Positions 39,701 to 51,700 of a DNA stretch of 64,000 bases are shown piece by piece. Below the pieces are notes generated by a model. That model was given only the letters and a program-made list of their open reading frames with translations, did not search any database and was not told the origin of the DNA. The DNA comes from Somniosus microcephalus (Eukaryota). The first letter of the stretch is position 1; every line of letters starts with the position of its first letter. The DNA lies in assembly GCA_052327205.1 (NCBI GenBank), contig CM126219.1, positions 63,178,001-63,242,000 of the forward strand, written 5' to 3'. The translations under genes and the position numbers were made by a program.

Positions 39701-42700
39701 TAACACCGTCAACTTGAATTCAAATTTATTGGCACATGACGAACCTGATGACTCCTACACACAACCCCTTGAAAAAGGTCCTCCCTTTCTTAGGCAACAT
39801 CGGCATAGTGCTGACAGTTAGTCAATGTCAGCTGGCCAAGGAATATGCACAACATTCCACAAGCTCCCTCAGATTTTTAAGATGTTGTGCAATTGCTCAT
39901 GTTGGGAGTTCTTTTCTTTACTTCCCCCTGCCCCTGTGACTTACTCTCAAGGTAGAAGTACAGTACTATGCTTCTAAAATGGTCTTGTGGAAGTAGAGAT
40001 CTAGGGCTTGTACATTCTTGGGTAATAGTGCAGAAAAGCCCATGCTCTAATAAACATGAAACTTACTCATTAGACAGATGGTGACATACTGTGCTAGAGA
40101 GAAATCTACACAGAATTAATCTCTCATTTTTTTGGTAGGAGAAGGGGAACCAGGATTTGCAAATCATGCTGCAGGGATTTCCTAATGTACAACTGAATTT
40201 ATGTTAAACTCTGAAGGGTTTGTGGAAAAATGAAACAAGTAGTCTTCCCTTTTTGTGGGCAACGCATAGGCCTAGAAATTCACTGGCACCCCGTTTGGGG
40301 CGCCAGTCTCACCAGGGCGCCGGAAGTACTGCCCCGGAAGGAGTCGCGAGTGCCCGCCGGAAATTCAGTTTCAGCGCCCCAAACGGAAGCGTGGCGCTAC
40401 TCGAGGCGCCCCGCATCCCTCTTGGGGTGCTGCAACTGAAAATCGCAGCGCAACGTGCTGCAGCGCCACACGCTGCGGTACTGCAGGCCTTCCTCCCCGT
40501 CTTAAAGGGGAGGGGCCTGCTGCAGCACGATCGGCGATCACGAGTGCCGGCAAAAGAGCCCGGCACCGAGGAGAAGTGCCGGGCTCTTGGGACACAGCCG
40601 GCACAACGCCGGGGGGGGGACACGGCGGCGTGAAGAGGTGCTGGCAGGTGGCCAGCAATAAAAAATTGCAACCAGCGTTAAAGCAGGGGGCGCTACCAAA
40701 TTTGGTGATCGGGGCGCTGCGCACACCGATGGCGTCATCGGTGGCAGCGCAGCTCTAACAGCTAGCGCCGCCATTAGCACCCCACTAAATTTAGTGGGAG
40801 GCGTGGCCAGTGGCGCAAAACTCACTAAGTACCCTCTTTGGGCGCTAACGGGTGGCACAGCCCACTGAATTTCTGGGCCATACTGTTAGCCAGCCGGCTC
40901 AGGCTACATGGTGCATTTGTCCCCAGTGGCCAAGAGATTGTAAATACAGGCAAGTCAATTTAAGGGAATCAAACCAAGAAAACATAATCCATTCCAATAG
41001 TCTGTCATGTTACTTTTCCTGTCTGAGGGATTTGCAAGGCTCCATTTAAGGGATTCAATGAAACTAATCAGCATTATGCACGGAGATGTAATTTAAGAAT
41101 TCCTGGCACACAGGAGAGCACGCCATCAGAATAGACTTACTCTGTGTAGACTTTGTGAAGGTAAATGTTTTGTGAGTCAAGCAGGCCTTATACAAATAGT
41201 TACCCTAAAAGCTTGTACTGGTCATCCTACTGTGACTCAGTCACAGGAAACAGTGCTGAGAACTTGAACAGTGGTGCTCTCATGGAGGATGGTAGTTACC
41301 TATTGAATGGTCTGCTCTATCTGCAGCCTTGAAAGATCCAAAATCTTCATGGCACTGCTTTTACTTGTCCAACTAGAATTAATAGTTGTGGGAGGATTTT
41401 GAAGGGAATGTATGGGATTAATTACGATCCCTTCTTGATTGGCTACGTTTTGTCAGCTAATTGAAAAGCTGTCACGTGGTGGGCCAGTTACAGTGCAACC
41501 AACTCCTGTGGCAAGAGAAAAACAGAAGATGGGCAGCAGAACCAGTTCTGGTGGACTGGCTCTTGAAGACATCCACATTTTCTGATTATATAATGCAAAA
41601 ACACATCAATATAATTTTGCATGGAATTTGTTCTATAAAAGGATTCTGTTGCTACATTTTGGCAACTAGAAAGCCATATGCCTCAATCTGCTTTAAATAC
41701 AGTAAAATTTTCAAGCAGCTGAAGAAACAAATTACTACCATAATAATTTTAACCTCTCATTTCCAAATATGAAGTTTAGAACCCAAACAAAAATAAACCA
41801 TGAATTTTAGAAAATTAGCTGTGCCAAATCCTTTTTAAAAACTCAATGGCCTTGTAATTACACTGTGGGGTAGCAGCATACAGTAGGGATGAAATTCCAC
41901 CTTCCTTTTTTAAAAATGGAGATATTTACCCCTTTACTCCTCTGGCATTTTTTCTCCTCCTTTGAGCATCTCACCTTGTTCTACCCCCTCACCTCATTTA
42001 AAATTCTCGTTCTCTACCACCCACCCAAGTACAATAAAAATTATATCACCGAGATATCCTCACTGCTTTCCTCCCTCAGCCTCTGCACCAAGCGACTTCT
42101 CATCCTTGGTGATTTCAAACTCCATCTCAATTCATCATGCTCTCTCTCCCGAGTTCACTACCCTCCTATCCTCCCTTAAAACCTCTCCCTCCATGTGAAC
42201 TCCACAACTCATATTCACGGCCACCCCCTTGACCTAGCCATCTCTCGTGGCTTCGCTACTCCCACCGTGTCAATCGCAGATACGGCCATCTCTGACCACT
42301 TCCTTGTATCGCTCTCCACCCACATCCCCCTTTCCCCACCCAACCCTACTTCCTTCTGTGTCCGCCCCTCGAAAAAAACTCTCCCCCAACTGCACTTATG
42401 AAATCCCAACTGACTAGCCTTTGGTCTTCCATTCACGACGACATTTCTGCAGCTACCGATCTGCTCAACCACACCCTCACCACCACCTTTGGTGCCCTAG
42501 TCCCTATTAAAACCATTACTTTCTCTCACCCTGGCCGTTCCCCCGGCCCTCATCTTCGCTCCCTCAAATTCAAAGGACGCAGACTTGAACGGATATGGCG
42601 GACAACTGGTTTAGACGTTCACCACCACATCTGGCTGGAGCATCTAATCGTAGCCAGAGAATCACCTGTAATGGCTTCTCTTCCCACTCGCGCACCGTTA

Positions 42701-45700
42701 CCTCTGGGGTCCCCCAAGGATCTATCCTTGGCCCCCTATTTCTCTTCTATATGCTGCCCTTTGGCGACATCATCCGAAAATACAGCGTCAGTTTCCACAT
42801 GTACACTGATGACACCCAGCTCTACCTCACCACCCCTTCTCTTGACCCTTCCACAGTCTCTAAATTGTCAGACTGCTTGTCCGACATCCAGTACTTGATG
42901 AGCAGAAATTTTTTCCAATTAAATATTGGGAAGACCAAAGCCGTTGTCTTTGGTCCCCACCACAAACTCCATTCCCTAGCCACCGACTTACTCCATCCCT
43001 CTCACTAGCATCCGTCTGAGGCTGAACCAGACTGTTCGCAACCTTGGTGTCATATTTGACCCTGAAAGGAGCTTCCGGCCACATATCCGCAGCATAACTA
43101 AGACCGTCTATTTCCACCTCCGTAACATTGCCCGAGTCCGCCCCTGGCTCAGCTCATCTGCTGCTGAAACCCTCATCCATGCCTTTGTTATCTCTAGACT
43201 TGACTATTCCAACGCACTCCTGGCCGGCCTCCCACATTCTACTCTCCATAAACTTGAGGTCATCCAAAACTCGGCTGCCTGTGTCCTAACTCGCAAGTCC
43301 CGTTCACCCATCTCCATTGGCTCCCAGTTAAGCAACGCCTCGATTTCAAAATTCTCACCCTTGTTTTCAAATCTCTCCATGGCCTCACCCCTCCCTATCT
43401 GTAATCTCCTTCAGCCCCACAACCGCCATACGCACGCACGCCACCCGCCCCACGCGATATCTGTACTCTGCCCTCGAGCATCCCTGATTATAATCGCTCA
43501 ACCATTGGTGGCCATGCCTTCAGCTACCTAGGCCCTAAGGTCTGGAACTCCCTCCCAAAACCTCTCTGCCTCGCTTTCCTTCTTCAGAATTCTCCTTAAA
43601 TCCAACTTCTTTGACCAAGCGTTTGGTCATCTGCCTTCATTTCTTGTGGCTCACTGTCAAATTTTTGTCTTATAACACTCCTGTGAAGCACCTGGGGACG
43701 TTTTACTACGTTAAAGGTGCTATATAAATACAAGTTGTTGTTGTTTACATAAACAGGCTAAAGCAACAATGAAAGGAATCTCATACAAATACATCAGGTG
43801 TGTGTTCGATTTTATCCCACAGCATGATTGCATGGCTTACACCCCTCCCCCACAAGAGTTAGAATCATACACCAAATGTCTATGAATTACTGCGACATTT
43901 CAACTTTTAACACTGCACACTTAACAATAGCCATTACTCCGGGAAGCATAATCAGACATTCTGGATCTTATAGAATCTTAGAATGATACAGCACAGGAGG
44001 CCCTTCGGCCCGTCGTGCCTGTGCTGGCTCTTTGGTAGAGCTATCTAATCAATCCCACTCCCCTGCTCTTTCCCCATAGCCCTGCAAATTTTTTCCCTTC
44101 AGGTATTTATCAAATTCCCTTCTGAAAGGTCTGCTTCCACCACCCTTTCAGGCAGTGCATTCCAGTACATGTACAAGTTCCATGACAAGTAAAATGTAAA
44201 TAGCAGAGAAGTACAAAATTAATGTCATAACAATATATAATAGATTAATTTTAAGTTGCGCTTCATTAGCAAAATTTACAAGAATCTAGTTTTCTTTAGT
44301 ACCAATATACTTGTGTGGATATTTCCAGCACACTGCATTTGCTTACGTGCTGGTCCAGGGGATGGCGCTGAGGGTCCAGGGGATGGGTTTGAACTGGAGG
44401 AGGATGGTGGTAGTGGTGGTGGGTGGTGGTGACTTTCCGAGATAAATCTGCTCAACAGATTATCTAATGTACTCGATCCAGCATCGTCCAGCTGCAGACA
44501 GAATTAACATTGAAGAAATTTAACAAAGGAACAACTCTTTAGTAATCAATAGCAAAATACTGCAGATGCTGGAAATCTGAAATAACAACAGAAAATGCTG
44601 GAAAAATTCAGCAGACCAGGCAACATCCGTGTCTTGACAAAGGGTTTGACCCGAAAAGTCAACTCTATTTTCGCTCCACGGATGTTGCCTGGCCTGCTGA
44701 GTTTTTCCAGCATTTTCTGTTGTTATTTAGTAATCAAGCTGCATTTCGTGTAGGTGCTGCCATACAGAATGGAGGACAGACTAGACTAAATTGTGAATGT
44801 TTTGTTTTGTTTTATACACAATGGGCTTGAACCCCTCTTCCTACTGTGTTTGAATTAAACTTGACAGGTGATAGAGATATACACTGAGCAGTGGACATTC
44901 TTCAGTTCAATTCCAATATCAAATTTTTACTCATCAGAAAAGGCTGAAGGGTGACTTGATAGAGGTCTTTAAGGTTATGAAATGGTTTGATTGGGTAGAC
45001 ATAGAGAAGATGTTTCCACTTGTGGGGGAGACCAGAACTAGGGGCCATAAATATAAACTCCAGGAACAGCACCTCATCTTCCGATTAAGCACTTTACAGC
45101 CTTCCGGACTCAATATCGAGTTCAACAATTTCAGATCATAACCTCGGCCCCTATTATATTTTTATATTTTTTATCCACACTTTTGATTTATGACTTTTCC
45201 TTGTTTTTCGCTCTCCCACATGGCAGCTGTCTTTCACTCTGCCAGCACATTTCACACTTCATCTAGAGCCATTGTCTGTTTCTTTACCTGTCCTATTACT
45301 ATCTCGTCTTGAGTATCTCTTAATGTCTCTTCTTTCATCCCCTCCCCCATTTCCCAGCCCCCAAACTGCCTTTTGTTTCATTTCCTGCCTTTTCTCTCAG
45401 TTCTGTAGAAGGGTTTCGACCGAAACGTTGACTCCATTTCTCTCTCCACGGATGTTGCCTGGCCTGCTGAGTTTTTCCAGCATTTTCTGTTGCCATAAAT
45501 ATAAGATAGTCACTAATAAATCCAATAGGGAATTCAGAAGAAACTTCTTTACCAAAAGAGTGGCAAGAATGTGGAACTCGCTACCACAAGTAGTAGTTGA
45601 GGCAAATAGCATAGATGGGGGAGCTAGATAAGCACGAGAAAGAAAAAAATACAGGAAACTTTGGTTTATCCGGAGGTTGTATGTCTGGAAACCTCGATCT

Positions 45701-48700
45701 AACGGCAGAAATCAGCAGCCGTTTTGTTAGGTTTTTTTCTTTTTTTTTCTTCTCCTAGCATTTTTTTTTTTTTTTTATAAAAACAGTCAGTCTCTGGAAA
45801 GCCTCTCTGAAGCTGTTGCTAAGCTACAGAGACGCTTCCAAGGTACGGGCCGACTGTTTACAAGCTGTTGCTAAGCAACAGTTTTTGTTGTCAGATACGG
45901 AGATGAAAACCTCCGTATCCTTCAGCATTAGCGCTGGTCTGTCCGGATGTTTTCATAGATCGGCATCACGCCGGTCCCGTCGGTGCCGGATATCGCGAAG
46001 TTTCCTGTAGAAGGATATGCTGATAGGGTTAGATGAAGTAGGATGAAAGGAGGCTCGTGTGGAGCATAAACACTGGCATAGACAAGTTGGGCTGAATGGC
46101 CCATTTCTGTGCTAGACTCTACGTATGTAACTATGTAAAACTACTGTTTATATCATAGGTGCAATTATTCCTGGCTAAAAATACAAAGGACTTCAGTGGA
46201 ACCAGGGAAACATATTTACTGAATGCCAACAGATCCTCAAATTAATCTTGAGATCGCTGTGGTCATCAGATTATCCTGTTGGAACTGCTAATCAGAGGCA
46301 ACCTGGAGGCAGACATTTTGTATGGAATGCATCCTTAGCCACCAACTCCATCCCTGTCCCTGGTAACTGTCTGAGGCTGAACCAGACTGTTCGCAACCTT
46401 GGTGTCATATTTGACCCCACCACATATCCGCACCAATCAGACTGCCTATTGCCGGAATGTTGCCCGACTCCACCCCTGCCTCAGCTCATCTGCTGCTAAA
46501 ACCCTCATCCATGCCTTTGTTACTTTGGGGCTTGACTATTCCAAGTCTCCCATGTCCTCTCCTCTGTAAACCTCTCCGTCTCTCTACCTCTCTTTCCTCA
46601 TTTAAGACACTCCTTAAAACCTTCCTCTTTGACCAAGCTTTTAGTCATCTGTCCGAATATGTCCTTCTGTGGCTCGGCGTCAAATTTTGTTTGATAACGC
46701 TCGAAATGCCTTGGGATGTTTTACTACGTCAAAGGCACTACATAGATACAAGTTGTTGTTGTTGTTATGTGACATCACAAACTCTTAATCCAGGGACATT
46801 GTGAACAGAGAGTGCGGCCCCTCAAACAACTGTCCTGAAATGTCAGTGCAGTAACACAATTAAAATAATGACTAACACTCAATCGCTGGGTTGCCATTAG
46901 CTGCCTAATTAAAGGCATATATTGCTGGGAACTTCAGAATTTAAACTATGAACTATACCTTTAACTATTATATATTATATTATATTATATATTTAAATGT
47001 TAAAAATGTTTCAGAAATAATAATGTAAATAAGGGGTCACGGGATCATGCAGATTGAGACAGCAACTGGAAAAATTCAGCAATACCCAAGCAGTATGGCA
47101 TGTTTCTAGATGACACTTGATTAGATTCGTGACTCCACTCCACAACATTCTCACAGCAGACACCGGGGGAAAAGAAGCTCATCATTACCTGTTTTTAATC
47201 AGTAGTTCACAAATGACGGTGGTTATTTACCATCTGTAACGGTTTACTAACTGACAGAGCAGAAGGAACAATCTATTCAACAGAAACGTCATGATACTGA
47301 CCTGAATGGGTGGGATATCTGGAAGTGGAGGAAGGTTCTCTGGGTTAGTGACCGAAGGAATCAGCTCTATTGTGGCAACTGTGGGACTGGTGGGTCCGCG
47401 GTTTGGGCCAGCCAAACTAGCAGTGGTGGGACTGGTTGGATTTGGAATGCTATTGTGCACAGAGGCTGCAGAAAATGGTCCTGTATGCCCAGGATTTGCA
47501 TGCTGTCAGAAAACAAAAATAAACAGGTTACACACTTTAGTTTAGTATTAGACCAAACAGTAAAAATCCCCATCACCCATTTACTTGGATTGGCTAAAAA
47601 TGACAAAATCATAGAATGATTACAGCACAGGAGATTGCCTTTCGGCCCGTCAAGCTCGTGCCAGCTCTCTGCAAGAGCACTTCAGCTAGTCCCACTCCCC
47701 TGTAAATGTTTCTTCTTCAGGTACTTATCCAATTCCCTTTTGAAAGCCGTGATTGAATCTGCCTCCACCACCCTTTCAGGCAGTGCATTCCAGATCCTAA
47801 CCACTTGCTGCGTAAAAATGGTTTTTCTCATGTCGCCTTTGATTCTTCTGCCAATCACCTTAAATCTGTGTCCTCTGGTTCTCAACCCTTCTGCCAATGG
47901 GAACAGTTTCTCTCTATCTACTCTGTCTAGATCCCTCATGATTTTGAGCACCTCTATCTGCTCTAAGGAGAACCACCCCAGCTTCTCCAGTCTATCCACG
48001 TAACTGAAGTATTTCATCCCTGAAACTATTCTTGTAATTCTTTTCTGTACCCTCTCCAAGGTCTTCACATCCTTCCTAAAGAGCGGTGCCCAGAATTGGA
48101 CACAGTACTCTAGTTGAGGCCGAACCAGTGCTTTATAAAGGTTCATCATAACTTCCTTGCTTTTGTACTCTATGCCTCTATTTATAAAGCCCAGGATCCT
48201 GTGTGCTTTCTCAACCTGCCCTGCCACCTTCAACGATTTGTGCACATATACCCCCAGGTCTCTCTGTTCATGCAACCCCTTTAGAATTGTACCCTTTAGT
48301 TTATATTGCCTCTCCTCGTTCGTCCTAACAAAATGCATCACTTCTCACTTTCCTGTGTTAAATTTCACCTGCCACGTGTCCGCCCATTCCACCAGCCTGT
48401 CTATGTCCTCTTGAAGTCTATCACTATTCTCCTCACTGTTCACTATTCTTCCAAGTTTTGTGTCATCTGCAAATTTTGAAGTTGTGCCCTGTACACCAAA
48501 ATCCAAGTCATTAATATATGTCAAGAAAAGCAGTGGTCCTAATACCTGTGTACCTTCCTCCAGTCCACTAAACAACTGTTCACCACTACTCTGTTTCCTG
48601 TCACTTAGCCAATTTTGTATCCATGTTGCCACTGTTAATTTTGTCCCGGGTTATCGTTTCTAAAAGCTTCCCCACTACCGAGGTTAAACTGACTGGCCTG

Positions 48701-51700
48701 TAGTTGCTGGGTTTATCCTTACACCCCTTTTTTGAACAAGGGTGTAACATTTGCAATTCTCCAGTCCTCTGGCACCATCCCCGTATCTGAGGAGGGTTGG
48801 AAGATTATGGCCAGTACCTCCGCAATTTCTACCTCAACTTCCCTCAGCATCCTAGGATGTATCCTATCCGGTCCTGGTGACTTATCTACTTTAAGTACAG
48901 CCAGCCTTTCTAGTACCTCCTCTATCAATTTTTATCCTATCCAGTATCTCAACTACCTCCTCTTTCACTATGACTTTGGCAGCATCTTCTTCCTTGGTAA
49001 AGACAGATGCAAAGTACTCATTTAGTACCTCAGCCATGCCCTCTGCCTCCATGCATAGGTCTCCATTTTGGTCCCTAATCGGCCCCACCCCTCCTCTTAC
49101 TGCCTGTTTACTATTTATATGCCTATAGAACGCTTTTGGATTCCTTTTAAGCTAGCTGCCAATCTATTCTCATATACTCTCTCTTATTTCCTTTTTTACT
49201 TCCCCTCTGAACTTTCAGCCTGGTGTGCAAGATGCGTTCCAGCAGGAATATTTAAAAAAAATTGGAACCAATTTGACTTTCAATAATGGCAAATATTAGG
49301 AATTTTTAGTCAGTTAATGGTAAGGTGGACATTAACCAAACAAATGGACTCACTTTATACTCTCCAAACTAGAATAGTGTAAAGACAATAGGTAGAAAAG
49401 GGTTGAAAGTTGGCCTGCAGGAATTAAGATTTCAGCTCACTGATGCTGAAAAAACCTTATTGCAATAAAATTGCTAAGACTTCAGTAACTTTATTACTGC
49501 ATTAAACTAAATACTTTTAAATTAAATTAAAATACAGTTTCATAAAATATGTCTTGTTTACCTCCCCCATTCTTTTCTGTTATTACTATTTCACTTTTAT
49601 TTTAGATTACTTATTGTCCAAACACTTAACTTAAACCATCTGCATCTCAACAATAACATTGGCCACTGGAACTATAAACCCAAAGATACCAGAGTGCCCA
49701 ATGAAAACGTAGTGGCCCAGGGAGCTGTGCATTGTCAAGAGTACAGTGTCTTGTCAGCAATACTCAATTTGGGTTTGAAAAAACAAGGTGCATGACATAC
49801 AAATCTAAAGTTGTGTATGTACATAATTTCCCATCTTCTGTCTTGTTTTTTTCACATTGCCAACTGATGGTTAACGTTGACTTTCAGAATTTTGTTTTTA
49901 TCTCCTGACAGACCATATACGTCCAATCATCGACAGTTCTTTATCCAGGGGTGGGGGAGGGGAGGGGTGGACGCAGAGTGAGGAAGAGGAGAGTATATCT
50001 GTCCAATTTCCCTGCACATATACCACCAGTTTTATTATGAGATCAGAGTCAAACTGAGTCAATAACCAAATTTTAAACACACAAAAACACATTCATCACA
50101 TGCACCAAAAACATGCCTAAATAGATGTGCCATTTCTCATTGTAAAATGCACTGGATATTGGTTAGAATTAATTTCTCCATTCCACCCACTGAAAACTAT
50201 GTTCAACCACATCCACTTCTATGTAGCCAGACGCTGGAAAACATGGAAACCTCCATGAACATGGCCATGCTGCACTGTGGTCAACCAAAGGCAATAAGTG
50301 GTCATCTAAACATGAAGATATACTTGAACTCTTTGTATCCTTTTCTACCATGACCAGCTAAACTTGTGACAATCTCCGTTATGCCCAGGATTCTCAGGCA
50401 TTCTAGTTTTTCTTTTAGCTAGACAGTCTTGTCATTTTCCATTGAGCAAATTTGTAAGATGGAACACCTTGGTATCTATGGTTAAGGATCAATATGCTTT
50501 TAATTTGGGGCATGATAGAGATCATGTTTCACTAATCTCTCCTGATGTTGTTCCTTTAACAGAACAAAATTACAACAGCACCGCTTCAAGACAGCTGGTC
50601 CCACCTGCCTCTGGATCAGTGAGTCCACTGCCTACGTGTCTGAGAATGCAATAGAAAGACTTGCATTTATATAGCACCTTTCATGACCACAGGACGTCCC
50701 AAAAGGCTTTGCAGCCAATGAAGTGGTCGCTGTTGTAATGTAGGAAATGTGGTACCCAATTTGCACATAGCAAGGTCCCACAAACAGCAATGAAACATAG
50801 AAAAATAGGAGGAGTAGGCCATTCGGCCCTTTGAGCCTGCTCCGCCATTCAATATGATCATGGCTGATCCTCTATCTCAATACCATATTCCCGCTCTCTC
50901 CCCAAAGCCCTCGATGCCTTTTGTGTCCAAAAATCTATCTATCTATCTCCATCTTAAATATATTCAGTGACTTGGCCTCCACAGCTTTCTGTGGTAGAGA
51001 ATTCCACAGGTTCACCACCCGAGTGAAGAAATTTCTCCTCATCTCAGTCCTAAATGTCCTACCATGTATCCTGAGACTGTGACCCCTCGTTCTAGACACC
51101 CCCCCAGCCTCCCTGCATCCAGTCTGTCTAGCCCAGTCAGAATTTTATACGTTTCAATGAGATACGCTCTCATTCTACTAAACTCTAGTGAATACAGGCC
51201 TAGTCGACCCAATCTCTCCGCATACGACAGTCCTGCCATCCCAGGAATCAGTCTGGTGAACCTTCGCTGCACTCCCTCTATGGCAAGTATATCCTTTCTT
51301 AGGTAAGGAGACCAAAACTGCACAGTGTACTCCAGGTGTGGTCTCACCAAGGCCCTGTACAACTGTAGTAAGACATCCTTGCTCCTGTGCTCAAATCCTC
51401 TTGCACTGAAGGCCAACATACCAATGAGGTGAATAACCAGATCATCTGTTTTGGGTGTTGGTTGAGGGTTAAAAATAGGCCGGAACACTGGGAGAACTCT
51501 CCTTCGAATAGTGCCGTGGAATCTTTTACGTCCACTCGAGCCGGCAAATGGGGCCTCAGATTAATGTTTCATCCGAAAGACGGCACCCCCTCGGTACTGC
51601 ACAGAAGTGCCAGCCCAGATTATGTGTTCAAGTCTCAGGAGTGGGGCTTAAACCCTTTGATGCAGAGGTGAGAGTGCTACTACCAAGCCAAGGCTGACAT

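Larger units (their letters stand above)
44937..46130 (+). mobile_element. CR1 3' fragment interrupted by a Penelope piece and MITE copy 5
   Basis: [25 protein letters not shown] resumes after the insert as [28 protein letters not shown]; tail resumes at 46008. Confidence 0.85.

Noticed and set aside
40220-40858. Several overlapping ORFs of 100-137 aa
   Set aside because: These are an artefact of high GC within a TIR-bounded MITE; no domain is recognisable.
44937-49215. Inverted CR1 pair flanking exon 47302-47502 as a circRNA or exon-skipping driver
   Set aside because: The two CR1s look like different, diverged subfamilies and one is interrupted twice, so a stable duplex is doubtful without computation.
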